A stretch of DNA of 64,000 nt from Sphaerodactylus townsendi. Lineage: Eukaryota. The stretch covers positions 66,030,001-66,094,000 of the forward strand of contig NC_059432.1 of NCBI RefSeq assembly GCF_021028975.2. Reading direction: 5' to 3'. This document shows positions 1-12,869 of the stretch, in pieces. Under the pieces are notes generated by a model. That model worked only from the letters and a program-made list of their open reading frames with translations, did not search any database and was not told the DNA's origin. Made by a program: the position numbers and the translations under genes. Within the stretch, counting starts at the first letter, position 1. Each line of letters starts with the position of its first letter.

Positions 1-620
1 CTATTTGTGGCTCTGTCCCCTAAAATATGAGATTCCAACGTGGAGTAAGATACCCTTTGGTTTTCTATGACCTGTCATTTGTATAACAAAGAGCTTGAGT
101 GAACTGTGCATGGAGTATGGATGCATCATTTCTGGGACTTGTTCCCTCTGCCTGCTACAGATATGCAGACAGGCTGCTATGACATGCATGCAGTATAAAC
201 CAGAGGTTGAATTTTTGGGGTGAATTCTAGGGTGCAGGACATTTCTCCACACTTATATTAATTGCCCTCCAGCAGATTTTCCTACTTCCCTGTTCCCTTT
301 ATGCAGATGCCTTCCTGGATAGTTCTGTTTTGTGCATACTGCTGAGAAACAGTAGTTGTGCAGGAGCCTTTCTTACTGGGTCAGACAGGTCATTCCACCA
401 AATGGCAGCCACAACCCAAAAAAACCTTGGATACTGGCCACTGTTGGATTTACCCCTTGCTGGGTGGGTGGCACCTTCAGAAGGCTTTGCTCAGTTGAGC
501 AAAGCTATCTCAGTGGAACATAGAGAGAAAGGTGGTCTTGTAGATAAGTTAGCAATTGGATCCTGCATTCAGTTTGGGGCGCTAGGCCATGCATTCAGTT
601 TGGGGCGCTAGGCCATGAAG

Positions 621-851
621 CCAGAGTGGTGTAGTGGTTAAGAGCAGTGGACTCTAATTTGGAGAACTGGGTTCGATACCTCACTCCTCCACATGAAGCC
701 TGCTGGGTGACTTTGGGCCAGTCACAGTTCTCTCAGAACTCTTTCAATTCACATGGAGGCAGGCAATAGCAAACCACTTCCAACCACCTGTTCTCTTGAA
801 AGCTCTGGGGGTCACTATAAGTCAGCTGGGACTTGATGGCACACATACAAA
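621..851 (+). mobile_element. tRNA-derived squamate SINE
   Basis: Box A-like TGGTGTAGTGGTTAAGAGC and box B-like GGTTCGATACC; body shared with copies at ~40970 and ~62213; flanked by CCATGAAG (613-620 and 852-859). Confidence 0.8.
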
Positions 852-929
852 CCATGAAGAGCACCTCAAACTGAATGCAGGATCCAATTGCTAACTAATG
901 GAATTACTTCTGAATTAGTATAACAGTCT

Positions 930-3900
930 CTGGAACCAGCAGAGAGGAGTAGCAGCAGAAGAGACTTGGCCAGGAAGAGCAGAGTGACCTGCTGGTGTTC
1001 ATTTTGGAGGGCTTTTCTCAAAGCCACAGCTTTTAAAACAGTGTTATTTTAAAGGGGTTATCTCTTTTTCTCCTTGTAAGGCTGCTGAATCTGGAAGGTG
1101 GGGCTTAACAGGGGTTAACAGAGTTCATCTCTTGTTCCTCTTTGTCCTAAGAGGTGGGGCTTTTGTCCTGAGAGGTGGGGCTTTTAATTCCAGTCCTCTG
1201 GAGACCAGCGGTGCGCGCCTGGCGGTATGGCGCAATTTTAATTTAACTTTTTTTTCTAGAATTAATAAGGACATATTTGACAGATGAAATGCGTTACGCA
1301 AAGAATAGCTTCCAGGGGGGGCAGTGACTAAAAGCTTAATATCTAAATATCTAAATGGAAATCAGATATGAAGGCAGAAGCCAGCAAGGGGGGGGGGGGA
1401 TGGGGGGCTTTCCAGTGTTTGACTTTCTACAAAGTGTCACATGTATGACTATCTCGCCACTAGGACAGAAGAAGTGCATTAGGTGTTGCCCTAGCTGCAA
1501 TGAGCTCCTGGCACTCCAAGGAGGCGTGTGCGTTCTCTTGAAGCCAAGGTAGCAAACCTGGAGGAGAAGCTGAAAGAGGGAGAGAGGGTGACAGGCCAAG
1601 GCTTTCAGGAGACCCTAACAACCGGGTCCCACTCCCAAGGGTGACTTATCTCTTCCAGATGTCATGGAGAATGAAGGCCTTGGGGATGGAGAGGTGCCAG
1701 TCTGAGGTGGGGAAAGATGCTCCGCTTAAGATGGGATCCCTTCCTTAACTGGTGATCCAGCTATCCTCTTGCACTGAGGATACCTCAGCGGGGAGAGTGG
1801 GGGGGCTCCTTGTGGTGGGTACGAGTCACTGATCATTAGAAATGTAGAGAGTTGGAGTTTGTGAGAGGCGTGATGACCGCATGGTGACTTGCCTGCCTGG
1901 TCGCGAAGGTTGCGGGATGTCTCGGCATTACGTCCCTAGAATAGGCTTTTAGACAGTGCTGGGGGTGGAGTCAGCAGTTGTGGTCCACATTAGCTTTCAA
2001 GCGACATTGGGAAATGCTTGGCGGGGAGGTTCCTGGAAGCTAGAATTTGGTAGGCTGCTAGGAAACAGGTTGAAGTCCAGGACCTCCCAAGGTGTAGCAT
2101 TCTCAGAAATGCACTACCCGATTTCCTGCGCAGAGGCGAGCTAGGCAAGCGGAGATACAGGGTCTCAATGCGTGGATAAGGAGAAGGTGAGATTGTAAGG
2201 CAGAGGGTTTCAGATTTGCTTGTCAGGAACTGGGGAGTGTACCTTTTGGGACAAGGCAGGCCTGTACAAAGCCCGGGGCCGGAGCTTCATCTTAACCAAA
2301 GAGGAACCAGGCTGCTGAAGCTCAACATTAAAAAGGTGGCAGGAGCAGCTTTTAAACTGATCACTGGGGGAAAGCCGACCCAGGAGCTGAGAGGGATGAC
2401 TTAGAGTTGAATCACAGTATCTATGAGGGATGCTGAGACAGAGAGGGAGGTTTTTTCTAAAATCAACCACATACAAGAAAAGCGAGGAGCGTAGCAATGT
2501 GTGCATGTATGACAAAGGGATAGTGTCTACAAAAGACTTGAGGGTAAAGAAGCACATAGAAATGCACCAGAGTTAAGGACAGAGACCTTAGGGTATACAG
2601 GTGTCTCTATGCTAATAAAGTAGAGAGCATGCGACCTTGAAAATGGGGGAGCTAGAGTACCAAGAGTTTTGAAGGAGGACTTTTTGATATAGTGGGCATT
2701 ACAGAGACATGGTGGAATGAGGAGGAACCAGTGGGGATGCTGTTTATACCAGGCCTACACAGGCTCCTATAGGAAGGGAGGATAAGGACAGGGCGCATTG
2801 GGGGTGGGAGTTGCCCTTTACATCAAAGAGAGCATAGCATCACATAAAATAGACAATGCAGCGGGAGCTGGTTCCCCTACAAGGAATCACTGTGGATATC
2901 AATTTTCTACCAGGTGTGAAAAGGACAGTTTAATATTAGGAGATATATTATCGTCCCCTGACCAAAAGTGCACAAGAGGATTCTGAGATGGAAAAAGAAA
3001 GAAATTAGAATTGAGGAGACCAACAAAGGAAGACACAAATATGTGAGTGGTAATGGGTTGATTTTAACTATCCCCATATAAACTGGAAAAATGCATGTTC
3101 AGGTCATGAAGTAAGGAGAGAGCATTCCTGGATATGCTAAATGACTGTGGCTTAAGAGCAGATGGTTGTAAAAGGAACCAACCAGGGGAGAGAGTGATCC
3201 TAAGATCTAATTCTATGTGGGACCCAGGACCTGAATTGCAGAGGAAGGTCAGTGTTGTTGAGCCGATAGGGAACAGCTGACCACAATGCTGTCAGATTCA
3301 ATTATCTCCAGCATGCAGGAACAGAGTGGCAACTACTAATGTAGATTACATTAAAGCCTTCAGAAAAGGAAATTTCTCAAAGATAAGGGGGGATGAGATG
3401 CGCTAAGGGAAGCTGAAAGGGAGAAAATCAAAGAAGAGTCAAAACTGTCCAGGATGCTTGGAGGTTATTTATTTAAAAACACAATGTAATAAAGCTCAGC
3501 TGGAATGTGTGTTCCTAGAGTTAAGAAAAAGGCAGCACCCAGTCAAAAAGAAGCCACCATGGTTAACAAGAGAGGTTGAGGAAATTATCAGAAAAAAGAA
3601 AATGTCTTTTAGAAAATGGAAGTCCAGTTTGGCTGATATAGAAGAATATGAGAGGGAACACAAATGGTGGCAAAAGAGAAGCAAGTTAGCTAGCTGTAAA
3701 GGGGAGGCAAAAAAAAGGAGTTATGAGGAGGCATGGCTATGAACATCAAGACCAGCAACAAACAGTTCTTCAAGTACATCAAAAGCAGGGAAGCCAGCAA
3801 AAGAAAAGCGGTAGGCCCGTTAAGAAGGGGACAAAGGAACAAAGAGGTGTGCTAAAAGATGGCAGGGAGATTGCAGAGAAGCTGAATGAATTCTTTGCAT

Positions 3901-5840
3901 CTGTGTCTTCACTTAAGAAGAGGAGGTGAGGAACATTCCTGCACCTGAACCAGAAGCTTCTTAGGAAGTGAATCCGAGGAACTGAGCTTGAAGATAGTGG
4001 TAGACAAGGAAGAAGTTCTGGCAGCCATTGATAAACTAAATGTTACCAAATCCCCTGGCCCAGATTGCATTCACCCAAGAGTTCTTAAAGAGCTCAAGCA
4101 TGAAATTGCGGATCTTCTCACTTTAATATGCAACTTATCCCTGAAATCAGGCTCCATCCCTGAAGACTGGAAGATGGCCAATGTCCACTGTGACCAATCT
4201 TTAAAGAAAGGATCCTAGGGGGGACCCGGGAAATTACAGGCCAGTCAGTTTTGACATCTGTTCCTGTAGTAGAGAATTAGTAGGAATCTATCATTAAAAG
4301 AAGATAAAATTATAAGACATGTAGAAAAGCAAGACCTGCTGAGAGAAAAGTCAAGCATGGCTTTTTTGCAGAGGCTTAAATCCTGTCTTACCCTAAACTT
4401 ACCTAAGAGTTCTTTGAGGGTGTAAACAGGCATGTGGACAGGGGAGTGATGAACCGGTGGATGTGTGTCTACTTGGATTTCCAAAAGGCTTTTGACAAAG
4501 TTCCTCACCAGAGACTGTTGAAAACTCAGCAATGAAGGAATAAGAGGGGAAGTCCTCCTATGGATTAAAACTGGATTGAGAAACAGGAAACAAAAGAGTG
4601 TTAGGTGTGAAATGGGAAGTTCTCACAATGGAGAGATGTCGGGAGTGAGTGTTCCCCCAAGGATCCGTTTTGGGACCAGTGCTCTTTTAACCTATTCATA
4701 AATGACCTGGAAGTAGAGGGTGGAAGTAAGCGTGGTGGCCAAAAAGTTTTAGCGAGGATGATACAAATTATGTAGAATTGGGTGAGAACCACAAAAGGAT
4801 TCTTGAAGAGCTCCTAGCGGACAGCCTTGATAAATTAGGTGAGAATTGGGCCCAGAAATGGCAAATGCACACAGTTCAATGTAGCAAAATGTAAGAAGTG
4901 ATGCACATAGAGGGCAAAAAAAATCAGAAAACTTCACATACACCTGCGCTACACAGGGTCCAGTGCTATCAGTCACAAGACCAGGGAAAGGGGATTTAGA
5001 AGCGTCTTAGTTGAAGTAGTTCCATGGGAATGTCCAACTCAATGCATAGCAGCTGTGAAAAAAGGCAAGAGCTCTATGCTGTAGGGATCATTAGAAAAGG
5101 AATTGAGAATAAAACTGCAAAGATTGTCATGCCTGCCCTTATATATAAAAGCAGTGTAGATGCGACACGCACTTTGGAGTACTGTGTTCAGTTCTGAGTA
5201 GCCGCATCTCAAAAAAAAGGATATTGAGGAGATAGAAAAAGTGCAGAGAAGGGCAACAAGGATGATTGAGGGACTGGGGCACCTTCCCTATGAGGAAGAG
5301 GCTGCGGGCGTTTGGGACTCTTTAGTTTGGAGAGAGGCGGCTGAGGGATATGATTGAAGTCTACAAAATTGTATGCATGGGGTAGAAAATGTTGACAGAG
5401 AGACATTTTTCTCTCTTTCTCTACAATAATACTAGAACCAAGGGGACATTCATTTGAAAATGCTGGGGGGAAAGAGGATTAGGACTAATAAAGGAAACAC
5501 TAGCCTTCACGCATAGCGTGTGATTGAGGTGGTTTGGAATATGCTGCCGCAGGAGGTGGTGGTGATGGCCACTAACCTGGATAGCTTTAAAAGGGGCTTG
5601 GACAGATTTATGGAGGAGAAGTTGATTTATGGCTACCAATCTTGATCCTCCTTGATTTGAGATTGCAAATGCCTTAACAGACCAGGTGATCGGGAGCAAC
5701 AGCCGCAGAAGGCCATTGCGTTCACATCCTACATGTGAGCTCCCAAAGGCACCTGGTGGGCCACTGCGAGTAGCAGAGAGCTGGACTAGATGGACTTTGG
5801 TCTGATCCAGCTGGCTTGTTCTTATGTTCTTATGTTCTTA
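930..5840 (+). mobile_element. near full-length CR1 LINE (ORF1 with esterase-like domain, ORF2 endonuclease + reverse transcriptase), heavily frameshifted as assembled
   Basis: ORF fragments GVGVALYIKES, KPPWLTREV, KSPGPDCIHPRVLKEL...IPEDWKMANV, DFQKAFDKVPH (~4480), PQGSVLGPVL (~4660); 3' tail (TTCTTATG)n at 5819-5840; 5' boundary approximate. Confidence 0.93.
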
Positions 5841-7362
5841 TACTCTCAATAGTAAATGAGTCACGACATTCTGGATGAGCATTCTAGATGATGATGGATG
5901 GAAGCCCGCATATATTCCATCAGATGAAGAGGAGAGAATGGCAAGTGGTCCTGAAGGCTGGTCCTGAAGGGAGACTAGAACTTTCCCCACTGCTGTGCTT
6001 ATGTGTTTAGATATAGGGAGTTTTTACATGAGTGAGCATTAGAAGTGCTAGCTTTCTGCCTGTTGTTTGTAATGCTGCAGATCACTCTGCCACCTCATCT
6101 GGCATTAAGAAGATAAAAAATGTGCAAACTGTGGTTATATAACTTTTCCTCAGCTGGCTAGAGTCGCCTATCAGTCTGAGCTTAGCACTACTGCCGTGAG
6201 TATGCTGTCACACTGATATGATTAGAACCTCTAAGCTCTTGCTCAGGATGTCTGTTTGCCCATCTGCTGCTTTTACTTGATGGCTCACAGTCTCTGTATA
6301 TTCGGGACAGTGTTATTTGTGTCTTCTACACTGTTGTAGAATGGTTCAATGCTAGATACTGTGTTGCCTACAAAAAAAATCTAAATTTTAACGGAGTTGA
6401 ATCCACTTGTGGTAGATGGGATGAAGTCGGCATTCACTAAGCAGGTTAAGAGCTTTGGGGTGCTCTTGGACCAAGCCTTGCTATTTGGCCCAGTGCCAGG
6501 GCTCCCAGGCAGTGACTGGCAACTGGTAGGAGACCTGTCGAATTTGGAGGGGAGGACACAATGCTGAACAAGTATCCTTAGGCCTAGAGCTCCTTTGTCA
6601 TTGAAGATTTGTGCTGCCAGGTAAATAAATGCTTTTAAGATTCTGGTCAGGAGGATGATTGCTTCCCTCTGCCTTTTTCTACAATTACAGTAAAAAGTTA
6701 ATATGCATATTCTATGAAGTATAGTTTTATTAAAAGTTTAGGGAAACCAAGACATAAATGAACAATCTTTTAAATCTACACAGTAAATTAAGATAGTAAC
6801 TATGTTCTTCAAACTGCTTGTTGAATATACTAGTAGTCTGTTATAAATCACAATAAGATATTTATTCTGGTGGCTTTGTCGCTTTGCACAAAACTCAGCA
6901 ATGCCTTGGCTTAGCCAGTCACTTTGCCAAAATTCACATCAGTATGCACTTATAAGTGTCAGCTGTTTTTTCAACCTGAAACCTTTCCCTACTTTATTGA
7001 GATTGGGTGGGACGGAGGAGGGTCCTCCCCTCTCTCCCCAGTCTGGATTGCTTTCTTAGGCACACTTGTAACAAGTTTTCTGAGCAGCTAGTACATGTAA
7101 ATATTTTGAAAGGTGTTTTTTTTTTTAAGAAAAAGGATGAAGGAATTTTGCACTCCAGTTGTTGGAATTGTTAAATGTGCAGGCTTAAGCGTGTTAGCAG
7201 GGCTGCTGTCTGAAAAGAAGAGGCTGGGACAGTCTGTAACACAATCCTCCAAGGCGAATAAATATAGCCCAGCCCAGATGGCTGCAGAAGAAACAATTCC
7301 CAGTGATCCGACGTCTCTCCTGCTTCAGCAGGAGGTCCTTTGGTTGCCGCAGCAGCTGCCCA

Positions 7363-7710
7363 ATGTTGAGCCTTTGTAAAGTCACGGACTCTTTGTTTAT
7401 TAGCAATGCTAGGTCAGCCTGCGCGGAAAATCTCCTCGCTCGAGAAGGGGTGACGTTCTGCATCAATGTCTCCAGGCAGCAGCCATTCCCCGACATGCAG
7501 CCAGGGCAGACGTTGCGGGTACCGGTCTTTGACGACCCTTCGGAGGACCTCTACAAATATTTTGAGCGCTGCAGCGCGGCCATAGAGCGCACAATCCACA
7601 GCGGCGGGAAATGCTTGGTGTATTGCAAGAACGGTCGGAGCCGGTCTGCAGCCATCTGCACGGCTTACTTGATGAAGCACCACAAGCTCAGCCTACAGGA
7701 TGCCTTTGAG
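7363..7710 (+). CDS. DUSP28: dual specificity phosphatase 28, coding exon 1
   Basis: MLSLCKVTDSLFISNARSAC...VPVFDDPSEDLY...LVYCKNGRSRSAAICTAYLM; the YCKNGRSRS active-site loop is the DUSP28 signature; donor GAG|GTACTG at 7710/7711, phase 0. Confidence 0.93.
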
Positions 7711-9348
7711 GTACTGGGAGCATGCAGGAACCAATGCCAGGGTGAGGGTCTCGTCCCGTTTCGGGAGGCAGTAAAGCCAGAGAGCGTTTCAGAGTAGGCA
7801 TCCAAGGACCTCTGGATATGAAAGGTCTTTCTCAATATCCCCGACCTGTGCGTTTGCAAATGATTATAAAGGCTGCAGTCTGGATGGTCACTTTCACTAA
7901 CCAGAGGCGGAGTAGTTCTGAGCAAACTGGTTTAGAGGCAGTGTACTGGGCTCCCTTTTTCAGACGCAAGTGGGGCAAAGGAGAGCCATGCATACAGTTC
8001 TAATCGTTGACAAAGAATAGGTAAAATGGATGATAGGCTGAATAATTTGTAGAGAGATTAAGCCTATTTGAACACGTTTTAAAAGTTCTGGGAAGTGTGT
8101 ACACTCATAAGACTTTTGCTTCTAGTAAACGGCGTTTGGAAATTCAGAAATCTTTATGATCAGAGACAAAAATAGACAAAAGAAATGTGTCACTGTCAAA
8201 GCAGTTTCAGTGCATCCTTCCCCTCCAGCATCTGGAAGAATGTCCAAGCAAATCAGTGCAATGTGTTTAATTTAAAGTTCCTGCTATGGTAAATTGCCTA
8301 CTTGCTTTTGTATATGTGCATATTATAATGGTATGAACGGAGTACAATTTAGCCATGTACCCATAAATTATTCTTCCCATCCTTTCCTTTCAATAGATAT
8401 TTCCTCTTTTAGCAAAACTTGGCTAAAATATTATGAACTGATTCCTGTGCCTCTTTTCTATCAGTATAAGAAACTTCCTCCTGGTGACAGGTTTCTCTGA
8501 AGCAGGATTATCAAATTCAACTGCTTCCTCCTGTTATTTGTAGCAGTGGTCCATTTTCAATGGCTTTTAATCCCCATAGTTCCTTGAGTATCTGCATCCC
8601 ATTTTTGGTGACTTGCAGGCAGTTGCGGGGGAGGCTGAGGGAGGTCAGACTCTCACTTACTGGCAAAGTGTAGAATCTGACTCTACTACAGTAATCCTAA
8701 ATGGAACTAAACCCTTCCATATTAGTTGAAGTCCATGGACTTTGAAAGGTGTAAACGTGTTTAGGATTGCATTTTTAATGTACTGGAAAGGAAGAAAGGG
8801 CTCCTCTACATCATGAGTCACAGAGAAAATATAATTTTATTACTTGAAGCATTTCTTATTCCCATATCTTATAGTACCTGAAAGCTAACGCCAATTTACC
8901 AGGTAGTATCAATTGAGATACAATTTTCTAAATCACAAACCTGTAGGTGGGGGCAGGGAATGACCTATATTATAGGACTATGGTAGATTCCTGAAATAAT
9001 GTATGTGAAACTATAGGGCACCAGAACTTTACTACAGGAATGCTAAGTAGTAAAGGAATTAAAACCATTATCCTTCTGCATTTGGTCACTATAAGCTCAC
9101 TGTACATGAAAACCAGTTGTCTTTTCAAAAATAAATTAACCAGATCAGTTTTCCAATTTCCCTCTTTGGTCAACTCTTTTAGTATTCTTTGTTTCATGTG
9201 ATTTCATGTATTTAGCTGTTTTCCTTATGTAATTTGTATTCACATCTACTGTTGTGTATCAGTTTTCCATACAGAAACAAACAGGAGTCTAGTGGCACTT
9301 TAAATATCAGCAACATTTTATTCCAACATCAGTTTTCATACGCTAGAG

Positions 9349-9566
9349 CAGTGGTTCTCAACCTTCCTAATGCTGCAACCCTTTAATACAGTTCCTCATG
9401 TTGTGGTGACCCCCAACCATAAAATTATTATGGAGACAGATAGAGGAGTGGTGTCTCGGTTCCTAAGACCATCGGAAATATGTGTTTTCCAATGGTCTTA
9501 GGCGACCCCTGTGAAAAGGTCATTCGACCCCCAAAGGGGTCGCGACCAACAGGTTGAGAACCACTG
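9349..9566 (-). mobile_element. SPIN (URR1-like) non-autonomous hAT MITE in DUSP28 intron
   Basis: TIRs CAGTGGTTCTCAACCT / AGGTTGAGAACCACTG; internal segments match my recollection of the SPIN/URR1 consensus (GGGGTCGCCTAAGACCAT, TTTATGGTTGGGGGTCACCACAACATGAGGAACTGTATTAAAGGG); 8-bp TSD CGCTAGAG/GGCTAGAG. Confidence 0.88.
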
Positions 9567-9677
9567 GGCTAGAGCCTATTCTTCAGATGCAAGCTAGAAA
9601 GGCAGTAGGAAAAGAGGACATGAACAGATTTATGATTGTGTTCCGTATGACACCATGTGTTTCTTTTCCTCTTATAG

Positions 9678-9803
9678 ACTGTGAAGACCGCCAGGCCAGT
9701 AGCAGAGCCCAATGCAGGATTTTGGTCTCAATTACAAAAATATGAAGAATACTTGTACATGCAGGATCGGGTAGCTCCTTCTCAGAAAGAAACTTTACAG
9801 TAA
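9678..9803 (+). CDS. DUSP28: dual specificity phosphatase 28, coding exon 2
   Basis: Polypyrimidine acceptor TTCTTTTCCTCTTATAG|; TVKTARPVAEPNAGFWSQLQKYEEYLYMQDRVAPSQKETLQ* has the DUSP R-P-x-x-x-PNxGF motif; candidate AATAAA at 10412. Confidence 0.93.
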   Translation, partial: TVKTARPVAEPNAGFWSQLQKYEEYLYMQDRVAPSQKETLQ

Positions 9804-11429
9804 ATATAGTCTTGATGCCAATGGGAGTATCCACTAAAATGGTATGTGCTCCAAAAGAACATGGAGGGATTGTGAAAACCAGCAATAGGCTACTATAGTT
9901 TGCCTCATCCAGGAAATGTTCTTCAGATCTGCACAAGTTACCCTGATGCTGAAAACTTTTGGCTGTCGGAATAGATGTGAAGTTATAGGGGGAAATGTTT
10001 CAGATGTGAGACAGAACAATTGTACTATTTTCCTTGAAGAAAGTGAAAACAGTCTGTGGACAGCTGATCTTCTATCCTCGGGGACATATTTGGCAGTGGG
10101 AGCTTTAATATATTGAGGAAGAGAAGGCTGAAACTAATTAAATATCCATTCTAATGAAACACGGCTGTGTATATTTTATTTCACTGACAACATTATACAT
10201 TCTGAATATATTACAAACATGCATAGATATTGTCATGACAATCAGCCTATATCTATCTCCCTCAGGTGAATCATGTAATATAACAGCATGTTCTAAATAT
10301 ATAGATAGTGAAGAACTGCAGAATGCAGAACCTCCTAAGGTGGTGTGAAAACTGTATTTGCTGGAATATAAAAGGAAGAGTTAATATTGTCCAAAACAAT
10401 AATCTATTTGTAATAAACTCATGAAAAAATTATTCCTCTGACTGCATTGCTTTTCTCTGGACTCAGATGATTATGTAAACATGGGTTTGGGTGGCTGCCC
10501 TTCCTTTAGCACTCACATCTTTGAAAAGCCTCTTTTCATCCTAGGGCCTGGGCAATATCTTATTAAGTCTTCTCCTCCTGGCAGTTTTTCTGCTTAAAAT
10601 TCTCTCCCCTCCCAATTGTTTCCACACAATTACAGTCCTAGAGCTGCTTTTCATTAAAAAGATAGATAGTAGGACATCCTTATATAAATTTATGTTTAAC
10701 ATATAATTTATGGGCCTAAATGTTAAGTAGTGAAAAAATGAATGTGTGTAAAAAAGCATTGTGATGAAACTGTAAAATTCCAACATGGTATGCATTCATA
10801 TATGTATCTGTATGCATGCATATTTAAGAATCTGACTCTGCAGTATAAATTAATAAGCAAGCAGACAGAAGCATAATAACATGTAACAAAGATTTTGCAC
10901 AAAATGCCTTATAAGCCATTGAGTCAGGCAGCACAGTTACTCAGAGCTTTGAACTAGAAAGTCCCTGGTTAAAATGTCATGTCTGCCACAAACTCATCAG
11001 AGAGATCAAGCAATGTACAGTGCAATCCTAAACAGTCCAGTGATTCATTGGACTTAGAAGAATGTAACTCTGTTTAGGATTGCTCTTTTACTTTCTTGGC
11101 TACAGCTCTTCGTTTGCTTCATTTGAATATCTTGCCTTTATAGTCTGTGCTTATTAACCCATAGTTAAAAGCAGTTTTATTCCAGAAATAATTATAAATT
11201 CTACTGGTGCTGTACAATAAGATGCAAAACATTTATCTCAGCAAACTCTTTGCATTTGGGGATCTATAGCATGACCTCATTTTTCCTTAAATGTGTTCTC
11301 ATACAGCCAGTTCCTAGGAAACTGGATGATAAAAAGTCCCCAGAAGGAAATTCTGTATACAGATACAACATTCAGTACCAATACGAAAACTCTGTGCCCA
11401 ACATGAAACATTTAGAAAACATAAAAATT

Positions 11430-11529
11430 CTAAACATAATCTTTGACGGATGTTACTGTCTCCAATGCTTTGTTGTAAATTAATTGTTCATTAGCTTTCT
11501 GGGTAGTAGCAGAACCATAATTGAAGTTT
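11430..11529 (-). CDS. claudin-10/15-like, exon 5 (C-terminal tail)
   Basis: Acceptor TTTTTAATTACAG|; (R)NFNYGSATTQKANEQLIYNKALETVTSVKDYV* ends in the claudin PDZ-binding YV; phase matches exon 4. Confidence 0.88.
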
Positions 11530-12085
11530 CTGTAATTAAAAAGAGGCATACATATTTGGTACCATTCTCTTTGACACATGGCATACACAATATATGTATA
11601 ACTCTGAAAAAAAATACGAATGTAATGTAATACATTTTTTAGCTATCACAGATCAATAAGGAAGTAATGCACAGCCTTCATACAGTGGGAGCTGAAAGTT
11701 GATCACAGTGAGTCCCACCACAAATATTATTAGCCTGGTGTAACTACAGGCATGATGCGCATGGAAACACGCCTCTGCATGTGTTTCTCAAGCTGATGGA
11801 TACAAACTGGCCCCTATACATTTGGTTTCCTATATTCATCCAACAGCTTGTGTCCTCCCAGTAACCATGCTTTTTCAGAAGAAAATCCCATGTATTTCAA
11901 TATTTAACACATTTTATGTTATTTCATTTGATGTGTTAAACTTTATGAAAAGTTTTCACATGGAATTCAATACCGGAAATATATCAGAAGTCTGTGAGAA
12001 AACAAACGGTCCCTAAAATAATGTCTGAACCAATGAAAACACCATTTCATTCACAACTTTTGCTTTTCAATATCAGTTAAAATAC

Positions 12086-12196
12086 CTGTGATTCTGTTTT
12101 TTTATTCCTTTGCATGAGCATGTCACGAGGATCCCACCAAGTATAGAAATCAGAGAGCCAGCCCAGCCTATGTACAGTGCATGTCCCAGTTCATAT
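12086..12196 (-). CDS. claudin-10/15-like, exon 4
   Basis: [29 protein letters not shown], the claudin TM4 motif; AG/GT boundaries, 111 nt. Confidence 0.93.
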
Positions 12197-12610
12197 CTGG
12201 AATAAAAAAGATTCTATAGAAGCAGTACTCAATAAAATCAAAGGCAATGATTTTTCCAGTATATGACTGTCACTTAGACAAGGATGGAGAAAAAAAGGGG
12301 TGTACAGGAAGGTCAGGAGAAAAGGTTATTGCTACAGTGTCTGTGTGTCTGTGGAGTGCTTAGAAGAGGTCAGCTTAATGGACTGTGATGGAGACAAGGG
12401 AGAGGGGGATCTAAGTAGGAGCCTATGCTTCCCTAAACATTGATCCAGAAATATGTCTTTTACAAATATAGTCAAAAAATGAAGGAGGGAGGGGATTTGT
12501 CTCTTTATCATGCTGGAGCATGATCATTAGACAGGGATGGGAAAACAGAAAATAATAAACACTTATTCAAACAATAATGTATGTAATGTCACCTCATGTT
12601 GGGTTACTCT

Positions 12611-12869
12611 TAAGAACATAAGAACATAAGAAAGAGCCTGCTGGATCAGACCAGAGTCCACCTAGTCCAGCACTCTGCTACTCGCAGTGGCCCACCAGAT
12701 ACCTTTGGGAGCTCACATGCAGGATGTGAAAGCAATGGCCTTCTGCGGCTGCTGCTCCCGAGCACCTGGTCTGCTAAGGCATTTGCAATCTCAGATCAAG
12801 GAGGACCAAGATTGGTAGCCATACATCGACTTCTCCTCCATAAATATGTCCAAGCCCCTTTTAAAGCTA
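12611..12869 (-). mobile_element. 5'-truncated CR1 (3' UTR and tail), same family as the 930-5840 copy
   Basis: Reverse complement closely matches 5580-5840; tail TAAGAACATAAGAACATAAG. Confidence 0.9.

Noticed and set aside
626-680. tRNA gene-like A/B boxes
   Set aside because: They are the head of a SINE; no complete cloverleaf or terminator.
7618-7650. Tyr instead of His before the catalytic Cys (YCKNGRSRS)
   Set aside because: This is the known DUSP28 signature, not a novelty.
7303-7797. 164-aa single-exon DUSP ORF from the ORF track
   Set aside because: Starts at GTG and reads through the splice donor at 7711; the conserved C-terminal PNxGF motif is in exon 2 at 9678-9803.
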